Shown in pieces: positions 1-9,216 of a stretch of DNA of 64,000 nucleotides (the first letter of the stretch is position 1; every line of letters begins with the position of its first letter). The notes below the pieces were generated by a model. That model saw only the letters and a list, made by a program, of their open reading frames with translations, did no database searches and was not told where the DNA came from. The position numbers and the translations under genes were made by a program. This DNA is from Spirochaetaceae bacterium (GTDB taxonomy: Bacteria; Spirochaetota; Spirochaetia; DSM-2461), in assembly GCA_965224705.1 (NCBI GenBank), contig OZ245056.1, positions 384,001 to 448,000 of the forward strand, read 5' to 3'.

Positions 1-1440
1 AGGTGGTGGCTTTGTCCACTTCTGTTCTGTGGTCAGTTTGTCCAGAGTGAGGTGAGTCTGGATATCCATGGTTGGAAGATTCTGGTACTCTTCCCTGGAC
101 TTTTTTGCTTCAGGGACAAGGACTGTAAATCCTTCAAACAGTGTTATGCGGCCTGAAGCTTCCAGAATACCATGATCGGCTGCCACTTTGATTGTTGTAA
201 CTGCGTACCGGGCATCTTTCATCTGGGAAGCCACTGCCCGGATCCAGATCATGTTATACATTTTATATTGTTCCTGGGTGAGGTAGGGTTTGACTGAGTC
301 TGGAGTGTACTGGACGGAAGTTGGTCTGATACCTTCGTGAGCATCTTGAATTCTTGCACCTTTTTTTGCCTTATTTCCATACAGGCGAGGTTGATCGGGC
401 AGTTTATCGGGAAATCTCTCTCCAATCCAATTCCGAATATCACTCACGGCCTCAGGATCAAGGCGGGGTGAGTCCGTTCTCATATATGTAATGAGTCCGA
501 CAGGTCCCTCAGCCAGTTCTATTCCTTCATAGAGTTGTTGTGCAATCTGCATGGTACGGCGAGTCCCAAAACGTAGTTGACTGGATGCAGCCTGCTGGAG
601 GGTACTGGTAATAAATGGTAGTGGTGGTTTGCTTGATGAGTTCTTGCTGATCATGTCCACGATACGGAAATCAGCAGCTTTGAGAGCTGTTTCTACTTCA
701 CGGGCTTTCTCCTCAGACGATGAATACTTTCCATTCAAAGCAAATTTTTCGCCTTTCCATGAAACAAGAACAGCCTTAAATGGAGTTGAATCTTCGCTTC
801 CGGCATGGAGCTGAGCAGTTATTTTCCAGAACTCCGTCGTTTGAAAGGCAGCAATTTCCTGTTCTTTTTCTACAATCAGGCGAACGGCTACCGATTGAAC
901 CCGGCCCGCAGAGAGTTTTTTCGCGACTTTTTTCCATAAGAATGGTGAAAGGCTGAAACCTACAATACGGTCTAAAACCCGACGGCCCTTTTGTGCTCCT
1001 ACAAGATTCATATCAATACCCCGAGGATTTTTTATTGCTTCAGTAACGGCTTTTTTCGTGATGGACGGGCAGGTGATTCTTTTTACTTTGCTGTCACTCA
1101 GTTTCAGGGCTTCCTTGAGATGCCAGGCGATGGCCTCTCCTTCCCTATCAGGGTCGGGAGCAAGATACACCTCAGCGGCTTTATCCGTGGCGGACTTCAG
1201 TTCTGCTACTGTCTTCTTTTTCCCCGGGAGTACAATATAATGGGGCTCAAACCCATTGTCAAAATCGATGCCGAACGCATCTTTACCCCGGCCTTTTGAA
1301 TCTATGTCTCTGATATGTCCCACTGAAGCTTTGACCTGATACCCTCGGCCAAGCATCTTTTTAATCGTTTTAGCTTTTGCCGGACTTTCTACTATAATCA
1401 GATTCTGTGCAGTTGTTTTCCTGGTTGTTTTTGATGGCAT
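1..1440 (-). CDS. topA: DNA topoisomerase I (type IA); 5' part, runs off the left edge of the window
   Basis: Manually translated from ATG 1440 down to position 301 with no stop: LIIVESPAKAKTI, ASVGHIRD, APDPDREGEAIAWH, LSAGRVQS, PFITSTLQQ, GLITYMRTDS (catalytic Tyr), QDAHEGIRPT. Absent from the ORF track, presumably because no stop falls inside the window. Confidence 0.97.
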   Translation of the reverse strand, partial: MPSKTTRKTTAQNLIIVESPAKAKTIKKMLGRGYQVKASVGHIRDIDSKGRGKDAFGIDFDNGFEPHYIVLPGKKKTVAELKSATDKAAEVYLAPDPDREGEAIAWHLKEALKLSDSKVKRITCPSITKKAVTEAIKNPRGIDMNLVGAQKGRRVLDRIVGFSLSPFLWKKVAKKLSAGRVQSVAVRLIVEKEQEIAAFQTTEFWKITAQLHAGSEDSTPFKAVLVSWKGEKFALNGKYSSSEEKAREVETALKAADFRIVDMISKNSSSKPPLPFITSTLQQAASSQLRFGTRRTMQIAQQLYEGIELAEGPVGLITYMRTDSPRLDPEAVSDIRNWIGERFPDKLPDQPRLYGNKAKKGARIQDAHEGIRPTSVQYTPDSVKPYLTQEQYKMYNMIWIRAVASQMKDARYAVTTIKVAADHGILEASGRITLFEGFTVLVPEAKKSREEYQNLPTMDIQTHLTLDKLTTEQKWTKPPP

Positions 1441-1514
1441 ATCTTCTCCTGTTCAATTTGTGCTTTGTGCCGAATAACATGAATTACTAAAACAATCAAG
1501 ACTACATCCAGGCA

Positions 1515-1543
1515 TTTTCATTTCTTTCCAATTTCAATATACT
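1515..1543 (+). promoter_or_regulatory. Putative sigma70 promoter of murE (leaderless spacing)
   Basis: TTTTCA-N17-TATACT, 6 nt before ATG 1550; no SD. Confidence 0.5.
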
Positions 1544-1549
1544 TGCGCC

Positions 1550-3070
1550 ATGAGGAAAAAGTACCTGAAGGAATTGCTATCGAAAGTTGAAGACATAACA
1601 GTAAGAGGTACAGCCAATCCCTGTGTCAAGTCAATGGCCTATGATTCACGTGACGTGAAAAAGGATGGTTTGTTTTTTGCTCTTAAGGGTCTTCATGTCG
1701 ATGGACATGAACATATCGATGAGGCTGTACAGGCTGGTGCTTCTGTTATAGTTCATTCCAATTATATTGAATCCAGAAAAAGAGATATAACCTATGTCCG
1801 TGTGCCTGATACCCGTGTGGTCATGTCACCTATATCGGCAGCTTTCTGGGATTACCCATCCAGAAAACTAACCGTTATCGGGGTAACAGGGACTGATGGA
1901 AAAAGTACCACTGTCAGTCTGATCCGCCAGCTTCTGGAATTTTCTGGATCTTCAGCGGGAAGTCTGTCTACAGTTGATTTCACTATTGGGGGGAAAACCC
2001 GGGACAATTTTTTCAGACAATCCACTCCTGAGGCCGTACTGATCCACAAGTTTCTAAATGATATGCTTGAGGCTGACCAAAAATTTGCTGTCCTGGAAGC
2101 CACGAGTCATGGCCTTTCCCCCAAAAATAGTCGATTAGAAGATGTTGATTTTGATGTTGCAGTCTTAACCAATATTTCCAGTGAACATCTGGATTTTCAT
2201 GGAGACCTGGAGACCTATAGAAATGACAAATCCAGGCTGTTTAAGATGATTGCTGGCTCTGGAAATCTTGATGCTTTCGGCGTCGTGAATGCCGATGACT
2301 TTTACTCCGAATTGTTTATTACCTCAGCAGGTGAAAAACCAGTTTTTACCTACAGTCTTCGTGACAAAGACGCAGATCTTCATGTTTCTGATGTTCAACC
2401 TGATCCAGCGGGAACATCGTTCATTCTGCATACACCCTTTGGTCACTCAAAAGCACGGATAAATTTACCTGGAATTTTTAACCTGGAGAATTTTCTTGCG
2501 GCTCTCTGTTCTGTGTCTGAACTACAGGAAATTGATCCCCTTGATTTCATTGACTGCTTACCAAAGCTGACTGGAGTAACAGGACGGATGAAAACATTGG
2601 TCGGCAATATGGATTATAATGTTATGGTTGACTATGCTCATTCTCCCGGCAGTTTTTTGAAATTGCTTCCTTTCTTGAAGAATCTCACCTCTGGAAGACT
2701 CATGGTCGTTTTTGGTTCCGCAGGGGAGAGAGACAGAGAAAAACGTCCTGAACTGGGTAGAATTGCCTCTGATTATGGGGACATCCTGTTTCTTACCGAT
2801 GAAGATCCCCGGGGGGAAGATTCCATGAGTATCATCAATGATATTGCAGGAGGGGTGAAAGGTAAAACTCAGGGAGAAGATCTGTTTTTGATTTCTGATC
2901 GGCGGGAAGCCATCAGGAAATCTCTAAGTATGGCCAGTCAGGGAGATCTCATAGTGACTCTTGGAAAAGGTCATGAAAAATCCATCGTATACGCCTCTGG
3001 GCCGCAGCCCTGGGATGAATTTCAGATTTGCAGAGAAATTTTGCAGGAATTGGGTTATGAAGCTGGATAG
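1550..3070 (+). CDS. murE: UDP-MurNAc-dipeptide:diamino-acid ligase MurE
   Basis: YDSRDV, GLHVDGH, P-loop GVTGTDGKSTT, EATSHGL, TNISSEHLDFHG, VDYAHSP, FGSAGERD, LGKGHE. Confidence 0.95.
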   Translation: MRKKYLKELLSKVEDITVRGTANPCVKSMAYDSRDVKKDGLFFALKGLHVDGHEHIDEAVQAGASVIVHSNYIESRKRDITYVRVPDTRVVMSPISAAFWDYPSRKLTVIGVTGTDGKSTTVSLIRQLLEFSGSSAGSLSTVDFTIGGKTRDNFFRQSTPEAVLIHKFLNDMLEADQKFAVLEATSHGLSPKNSRLEDVDFDVAVLTNISSEHLDFHGDLETYRNDKSRLFKMIAGSGNLDAFGVVNADDFYSELFITSAGEKPVFTYSLRDKDADLHVSDVQPDPAGTSFILHTPFGHSKARINLPGIFNLENFLAALCSVSELQEIDPLDFIDCLPKLTGVTGRMKTLVGNMDYNVMVDYAHSPGSFLKLLPFLKNLTSGRLMVVFGSAGERDREKRPELGRIASDYGDILFLTDEDPRGEDSMSIINDIAGGVKGKTQGEDLFLISDRREAIRKSLSMASQGDLIVTLGKGHEKSIVYASGPQPWDEFQICREILQELGYEAG

Positions 3071-3075
3071 GTTGG

Positions 3076-3516
3076 TTACATTATTTTTCTTACAACGAAC
3101 GATACGGCCATTCCTATAAACAACCCGGCAAAAACCTGGGGGTAGGTATGCCCCAGAAGGGTTTTCAGGGCTTCAGGCCGTGATCGCTCATCAAAAAGAT
3201 GGGAAAATTCTGATAACAGCTCGTTGAGGATTTCAGCATGACGGCCGGCTGCTCTTCGGATACCTGTTGCATCGTATATGACGATAACACCGTATACAAT
3301 GGAAATAGCAAACAATGGATTGTCTCCTCCATAGTGCAGAAAGCTTGATGTGCAGAGAGCAGCCACTGTCGCTGAGTGAGCGGAGGGCATACCCCCTGTT
3401 TCTGCCATGCGTTTGGGTGCCCATCGGCGTTCAGTCAGAATGATAATGAGAACCTTTGTCAGCTGTGCAATGGCCATTGCTATGAAAGATGACACGATCA
3501 GGGGGTTTGTCAGCAA
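3076..3516 (-). CDS. Divergent PAP2 / DUF212 membrane protein
   Basis: GGMPSAHSA, YDATGIRRAAGRHA, LGHTYPQVFAG. Confidence 0.9.
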   Translation of the reverse strand: MLTNPLIVSSFIAMAIAQLTKVLIIILTERRWAPKRMAETGGMPSAHSATVAALCTSSFLHYGGDNPLFAISIVYGVIVIYDATGIRRAAGRHAEILNELLSEFSHLFDERSRPEALKTLLGHTYPQVFAGLFIGMAVSFVVRKIM

Positions 3517-3571
3517 AAATGGACTCCTTACGTTTGCTATCTTAGTATGACTTTACAGCTGATGAAAAGGT

Positions 3572-4534
3572 CTACTCTCTTCTGGGCATACTGACATCAG
3601 ATTCCACCATAGCGGCAAAATGCTCCAGCCATGGAGGCATCTCAGGACCCTTTACTCCTGATATCTCAGTTCGATTATATCGTCTGCCAACAAGGGGAGT
3701 TAAGTCCCATTCATTATCCATGGAAATTCCGGCGATTTGCCCTGATCTTATTTCACACTTCAGTACTTTGCCATGGGAATCTGGGAGTTGATCAAAATAC
3801 TCGGTAAAAGGAGGCGTTTTATTCCATGTCCATTCCTGTGACTCCAGTCTGTCCAGAGCCATCTGGCAGGACCTGTCATGCATGAAATCGTCCGGATTTA
3901 TCGGATACGCAAATTTATTACCGGACCATTCTTCGGCGATAGCTTTAACGACATCCCGTATTTTTAATCCAGGCTGGATATCTGCAAGATTCGCAACGGG
4001 AGATCTTTTCGAAACAACACCCCTTCCTTGAATGCTTCGTGGAGGGACGTCAAGAAGATTCTTCATGGTATGCAGATCGGCACTCACCAGAATAGTTGCA
4101 TGATGGAGGCTGCCATGTGAAACCTGCCGGAAAGCACTTCCGCTTATTTTCTTTCCCATACCTGAATCTTCAATAGTGAGATCGTATCGATCATTCATAT
4201 CGATATTCAGACCAAGAGTTCCCAATGCCTTGATCATTTTCTTGAGAGTGCCTTCCTTTGAAGGGATTGGGACTGGTGTTATTAATGACCAGTTGAGGTT
4301 ACCAGGTCCATGAACGACCGTCCCCCCACCTGAGATCCTCCGGAATATGGGAATTCCCATCTGCCTGGCCAACCCCGTCCGACATTCCCTCCATGGATTC
4401 TGGCAGCGTCCAATCACGATGGCTGGATTGTTTTCGTAAAGTAGAAGTATGGGTCTTTCCAAATTGAACAGCAAGGATTCTTCCAGTGCAAGATTGTTCC
4501 GTGCATCATTGGAAGTAGAGAGATAAACATCCAT
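3572..4534 (-). CDS. lplA: Lipoate-protein ligase A
   Basis: NLALEE, IGRCQNPW, RRISGGGTVVHGPGNLN, KKISGSA, HHATIL. Confidence 0.9.
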   Translation of the reverse strand: MDVYLSTSNDARNNLALEESLLFNLERPILLLYENNPAIVIGRCQNPWRECRTGLARQMGIPIFRRISGGGTVVHGPGNLNWSLITPVPIPSKEGTLKKMIKALGTLGLNIDMNDRYDLTIEDSGMGKKISGSAFRQVSHGSLHHATILVSADLHTMKNLLDVPPRSIQGRGVVSKRSPVANLADIQPGLKIRDVVKAIAEEWSGNKFAYPINPDDFMHDRSCQMALDRLESQEWTWNKTPPFTEYFDQLPDSHGKVLKCEIRSGQIAGISMDNEWDLTPLVGRRYNRTEISGVKGPEMPPWLEHFAAMVESDVSMPRRE

Positions 4535-4536
4535 GT

Positions 4537-5343
4537 TTAAAATGGTTTGATTCTTCGGGCAATGACTCGAAAAAGCCAGGGTATGCAGTTATGCAGAAAC
4601 AGCATTACTCTTTCTCTGCCTCCAATAACCACATTATATCGTCTTCCAAGAACAGATCGCCAGTATTTCTTTGCACAGAGATGAGGATCCATTCCTTTTT
4701 CCTGCCCCCTGTCCATTACTGCATGCCGTTGACCCTGACCATCCAGAGAGTTATGGCTGATCATTGTTCGAATACGGCCGGGAAGGACAAGAGTGACATG
4801 AATGTTCTTCGAGTGATATTCCAGAGCAAGCGTTTCGAAAAAACCATGCAGAGCATGCTTGCTGGCAGAATAGGCAGATCGCATTGGGAAACCAAATCGC
4901 CCCACTAGACTACTGGTTACACCGATGTGTCCTCCTCCAGCCTTCACCATTTCTGGTAAAACAATTCGGGTTATGGCTGCAGCCCCCAGAAAATTGACAG
5001 TCATAATTCTTTCAATAACGGAGAAATCCGTTTCGCCAACAAAAGAACGTTGAGAAATGCCCGCATTGAGAATCAAATACTCCGGGGTTCCAAAGTCAGT
5101 AAGAAAACTGCTCACTAAAGAAGCTGTTTCTGCAGTTTGAGAAAGGTTGATTGATGCATACTGCATGGATTCTGCACCTTTTTGAATGCAGATTTGTCCT
5201 GTTTCAGCCAGGGCTTCTTTTCGTGAGGAGAGGAGAAGCAGTGATGACCCAGCTTCAGCAGCAATGAATGCCAGTTCACGTCCAATTCCGGATGATGCAC
5301 CGGTAATCCAGACCAGTTTCCCTTTCAAAGATTTGTAGTTCAT
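4537..5343 (-). CDS. Short-chain dehydrogenase/reductase (DHRS7-like)
   Basis: WITGASSGIG, LNAGISQRS, YSASK catalytic motif. Confidence 0.9.
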   Translation of the reverse strand: MNYKSLKGKLVWITGASSGIGRELAFIAAEAGSSLLLLSSRKEALAETGQICIQKGAESMQYASINLSQTAETASLVSSFLTDFGTPEYLILNAGISQRSFVGETDFSVIERIMTVNFLGAAAITRIVLPEMVKAGGGHIGVTSSLVGRFGFPMRSAYSASKHALHGFFETLALEYHSKNIHVTLVLPGRIRTMISHNSLDGQGQRHAVMDRGQEKGMDPHLCAKKYWRSVLGRRYNVVIGGRERVMLFLHNCIPWLFRVIARRIKPF

Positions 5344-5386
5344 TCCTTACTTGTACTCTATTTTTTCTGAAAATTTAAGAAGTATT

Positions 5387-6644
5387 CAGTGTCAGAAAGC
5401 TTGTTAATGCAGCAAAAAACCCTGTCAGGCTCGTTATAACATAGTAAGAAAACAATTTATAAAGGAGTTTGACCATGCCATTCCCCCACTGCCCCAACCC
5501 GAAATGTATCCATTTCAGTGCCCCGAAGCAAAAAAACTGGTTTTCGATACATAGTTCCTACCACACAGAAGCATTTGGAACAGTCCAGCGCTACATCTGC
5601 AATGACTGCAAAAGAACCTTTTCCGCCCAGACTTTTTCAATCGATTACTATGCGAAAAAAGTCATCGACTACGAGGAACTTCTACAGCAGCTGGTGACCT
5701 CTTCCGGTGTGAATGACATCAGCCGTCACCTGGAGGTTTCTTCCGATACGATACAGAACCGATGCGAAAGATTGGCCCGTTCCGCCATGGCAATCCATGC
5801 CCGGCTGTTGAAAAAACTCCCCATGAGGGAATCCATGGCCGCAGATGGACTGGAGTCCTTTTCCTTCTCTCAATACTATCCCAACCACATCAACATCTTT
5901 GCCGGGAGTGAGTCCGAGTTCATCTATGAGACCGGGTTTGCCAATCTCAGGCGGAAAGGAAGAATGACTTCCCGTCAGAAATTGATCCGAAAAAAGCTGG
6001 AGGCCAGGGGCAGGGCGGATCCCGGGGCCATTGAGAAATCGGTGAGAAGTCTGACAGAAGATTTGATTCAATTTCTTATGAAGAAAAAGGTTGTGCATAA
6101 GCTGCTCTTCACGGATATGCACAGGGCATACACCCGGGCCTTTGCGAAAACCGAGCATTTTCTCCACTTCTTCATCCGGATCATGACATCTTCAAGGTTG
6201 GCCAGAACCATGGATAATCCGATGTTTCCTATTAACTACATTGACCGTCAGATCAGGAAAGATATTTCAGACCATGTCAGGGAGACGGTCAAGTTTGCCA
6301 AATCTCCCGCTGCGATGATGATACGATTTGTTCTTTATCGTCACTACCACAACTGCATGATTCCATGGCGGGTGAAGGAGGCCCGGAAGAAGAAGGACAC
6401 AACTCATGCTGAGAAGGCCGGGATCACCAGGAAGAAACTTCGCAAGGCAGTAGGCAGGTACTGGTTGAAGAGAGCCTTTTTGAGCAAGGTCAATCTGGGT
6501 GCGGCAGAGAAGAAGACCTGGTTGTGTGAGTGGCGTAATCCGGGAGTGGAATCCGGTCGTTATGATCCGCTGTATGTGAAGGTTTAGGATGGGATTGGAC
6601 TCCCGGGATGGGTTGAAGGAGGTTTTACAGGCTTTCTGACACTG
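5387..6644 (+). mobile_element. Insertion sequence, 1,258 bp, IS1/IS1595-like but unclassified; putative autonomous partner of repeat family A
   Basis: 21-bp terminal inverted repeats, CAGTGTCAGAAAGCTTGTTAA (5387-5407) and TTTACAGGCTTTCTGACACTG (6624-6644), 19/21 match, enclosing one transposase-like ORF. No clean target-site duplication. Confidence 0.85.
5475..6587 (+). CDS. Putative transposase (Zn ribbon + HTH + RNase H-like catalytic domain)
   Basis: SD AGGAG 5463-5467; CPNPKC...QRYICNDCKRTFS Zn ribbon; DISRHLEVSSDTIQNR HTH; AADGLES, FTDMHRAY, PINYIDRQIR and HYHN motifs, ordered as in IS1/IS6/IS1595 transposases. Confidence 0.8.
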   Translation: MPFPHCPNPKCIHFSAPKQKNWFSIHSSYHTEAFGTVQRYICNDCKRTFSAQTFSIDYYAKKVIDYEELLQQLVTSSGVNDISRHLEVSSDTIQNRCERLARSAMAIHARLLKKLPMRESMAADGLESFSFSQYYPNHINIFAGSESEFIYETGFANLRRKGRMTSRQKLIRKKLEARGRADPGAIEKSVRSLTEDLIQFLMKKKVVHKLLFTDMHRAYTRAFAKTEHFLHFFIRIMTSSRLARTMDNPMFPINYIDRQIRKDISDHVRETVKFAKSPAAMMIRFVLYRHYHNCMIPWRVKEARKKKDTTHAEKAGITRKKLRKAVGRYWLKRAFLSKVNLGAAEKKTWLCEWRNPGVESGRYDPLYVKV

Positions 6645-6820
6645 GGTATGTGCCTAAAAAGCCCATATAAAGATGGAAGCCGAAGTAGAGATTCACGCCC
6701 TGTATCTGCAATGCTCAAACGAACCGGTTTTCCCGAGCAGTGTTAAACAGGTGTTCAAAACTACGGGATCGTTCAGCCAGGGAAACAGCACAGAGCCCTG
6801 CCTCCAAGAAAGCAATATAT

Positions 6821-7040
6821 AGTGTCAGGAAGCCTGTTAAAGGAAAGAATCGTTTCTTCAAAAAAATTAATATCCTATGAAACTGTAATTACAAAATATC
6901 TTGCCGGCGAACTGCTCATCATTCCAGATGAGTAGTTCGCCGATTCATAACTATCATGTGTATTGAACGACTATATCGGGCAAAGATCTTCATCTAATCG
7001 GATTTAAATGAAACCAGGGTATAACAAGCTTTCTGACACT
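6821..7040. mobile_element. Family A non-autonomous element (MITE), ~220-bp class, copy 1
   Basis: AGTGTCAGGAAGCCTGTTAA ... ATAACAAGCTTTCTGACACT; interior aligns by eye with 12519-12740 (inverted) and 24217-24441. Confidence 0.85.
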
Positions 7041-7522
7041 GTAAAAGCAATACGGCCGTCCCTTTGCCAATGGACGCTCTGTGAGGGAGTTCACCATTAT
7101 CCACCCGGCGGATTTCTCTGGGAATCAGATTGGAGAGAATTAAACCCGGTAAGCCTTGCAAAATGGCGGCTACGAGAGAATACACCAGGATCTGTAAGCT
7201 GACGAAGAACCTCACAAGCTCCTGTACTGAAATCCAGAAGGCTCTGTGGAGTTCTGGCGGGTTGAGTTCAACACAACCAGGCCGCACAAAAGCTGGCTAT
7301 GAAAACTCCGTGTGTACCGGAAGTCCGAAAGAGTGCAGTCTCTGAGCCGGTAAAAGGGATATCCGTTGTTCTCCAGAACACTGAAAATTTCCAGACACAG
7401 CTGTTTGAAACTGGATCGGCAGAAGAGTGACATCCACAGTGCCCTGCCCGGGTATACAGCAGGAATCAAGGATCTTACCGCCATGCAAAAAATCGATAGA
7501 CCGGCGATTAAGGCTGTAAAAA

Positions 7523-8287
7523 TCAGGATAATTTGGATGGATTCGCTTTAGAGATTAAAGCCCGAGCGAGGATTTCTGTCGGGTCAATGAGCGGGATATC
7601 GATATCGCCCTGTCGAAAAGCCAATGATATCTCAGTACACCCCATAATAACGGATTGTATTCTTTCCTTTTCTTGTAAGATATGAATGACTTCATGCAGC
7701 AATTTTACAGCCTTCTCCGATACAGGAGACGAAAATGCTTTTATTCCGAATTCCTTATCGTAAATGGCTCTATGAACTTTTTCCTTGTCCTCATCACACG
7801 GAAGCACAAGTCTGATTTCCGTATTCGATGCAAAAGCAGATTGGTAAATTCCCGATCCATATGTTCCCAATGTTGATAATAATCCAATTGATTTCGGTTT
7901 TCTAGGGTTTTCTTCTATGTTTTTTTTTGTTTCTTCAATCATATTGACAAGTTCTACATTCAGTCCTGCGTCTGCAATAAGGGAAAGAAGTCTATTGAAT
8001 ATCAGTGGACTGTGAGCTGTGTTACAGGGGATACCAACTATTCCGGCACCAATTTGGTTAAGCTTGCAAATAACATTGAAAATGGCCTTCGCCGGATTTT
8101 CAATGCTATCCTGATTATGGAGATACTCCGTCCTGTCCGTTATATACCTGGAGCAGGATAACAGATAGACTTCCAGGTGATCCTGATCGGTGATTGCTTT
8201 TGTGTTTTCAAATATTTTCCTGTTTAGATCAAGTCCTGCGAAGGGGCCGACTCCACCGACGATTCCTATGATACTTTCCGTGTTCAT
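7523..8287 (-). CDS. PLP-independent amino-acid racemase (Asp/Glu racemase superfamily, RacX/YgeA-like)
   Basis: IGIVGGVGPFAG, DRT, IPCNTAH and MGCTEI two-Cys motifs; start taken at ATG 8287. Confidence 0.88.
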   Translation of the reverse strand: MNTESIIGIVGGVGPFAGLDLNRKIFENTKAITDQDHLEVYLLSCSRYITDRTEYLHNQDSIENPAKAIFNVICKLNQIGAGIVGIPCNTAHSPLIFNRLLSLIADAGLNVELVNMIEETKKNIEENPRKPKSIGLLSTLGTYGSGIYQSAFASNTEIRLVLPCDEDKEKVHRAIYDKEFGIKAFSSPVSEKAVKLLHEVIHILQEKERIQSVIMGCTEISLAFRQGDIDIPLIDPTEILARALISKANPSKLS

Positions 8288-8450
8288 ATTTATCAGTTTA
8301 TCATTTAGTATGGAGGACGTAAACCACACGCATTACCATATAATCAGTCTGATTCTAAGAGAGGCAGAGAGTATCTGATGTATGCAATGAAACCATATTC
8401 TGGATTGTCAGGAATGGTTTAGCAGAGACACTGTTATGCTGATCATCCCA

Positions 8451-8466
8451 GGAGTCTGTCGGACTT
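8451..8466 (+). repeat. Solo family B end
   Basis: Exact GGAGTCTGTCGGACTT; the downstream sequence is unrelated to the family B interior. Confidence 0.75.
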
Positions 8467-8753
8467 CCTAAACGATAAGAATATGTGTCGCAAGAATGGC
8501 AAAGGAAATGAATACAACTAAGAATCTCATGAGTATCATGACCCTATTGTCGACTCAACTGAAAATTTACCGAATACCTTTTCGAACTTTGCCACAATTT
8601 TGCCCGGATTGACCTCATACTCCCGATAGTATCAGAAGGAATGTGGTCCCCCCACCTGTGACTGCAATTCTCAACCTGAATCAAACAAATTTCATCACCG
8701 ACTTAGTCCAGTTTCAAGGAGTTAAATATGACCTCTTCCATTGCACCAGCCAA

Positions 8754-8915
8754 GGAGTCTGTCGGACTTACGTCTCACGGCTCGATTTTTGCCCTTCTCT
8801 CCTCCTGCTGCGTTGCCAAAATACTCACGCAGCCCAGTTGCGCTCCGTTTTGTCGCCTTGCATCAGGAGAAAATCATCAAAAATCGCCTTGAAGTCTCAA
8901 AGTCCGACAGGCTCC
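8754..8915 (+). mobile_element. Family B MITE-like element, 162 bp
   Basis: GGAGTCTGTCGGACTT ... AAGTCCGACAGGCTCC; homologous over its full length to 15445-15608 (inverted). Confidence 0.85.
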
Positions 8916-9216
8916 CAGAATGCGGAGAGTTCAATGCCTTCAGGGGAAAAATGGTTTTATCCTCATGGAAGTACAAACAAGAGTCCTGTCGATGACGGAC
9001 TGGCATCTGTAGTCAGAACTGATTCTGAAACAATGGAGTCTTCAATGATAAGTTTGTCAGTGTCTCTTGTTCATTTGTTGAAAGCTGAACATGTTTCGGG
9101 CAGAAAACTGACCACGACATGGTTACCCAACATATAAAAGAGTACCATGAAGAGTCATGTGAGTTTTCATGAGGGAATTCCTGCCCGGTCATGCATTCGG
9201 TAGATGACGGGATCAC

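Noticed and set aside
249..1299. Small ORFs suggesting a fragmented or frameshifted topA
   Set aside because: Manual translation from 1440 to 301 is one uninterrupted frame; the small ORFs are shadow frames.
5379..6652. Target-site duplication around the IS
   Set aside because: Flanks AGTATT and GGTATG match only partly, and GGGTA recurs after the remnant copy, so no TSD can be called.
7041..7522. Overlapping short ORFs between the MITE and the racemase
   Set aside because: No recognisable motif in any frame I translated; may be a decayed gene, but that needs BLASTx.
8525..8541. TCTCATGAGTATCATGA resembling the palindrome at 46669
   Set aside because: Short, AT-rich, needs a gap, and has no comparable promoter context; could be chance.
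8643..9137. 164-aa ORF (also 8741-8995 and 15497-15754)
   Set aside because: These read through family B repeats and have no SD or domain signal.
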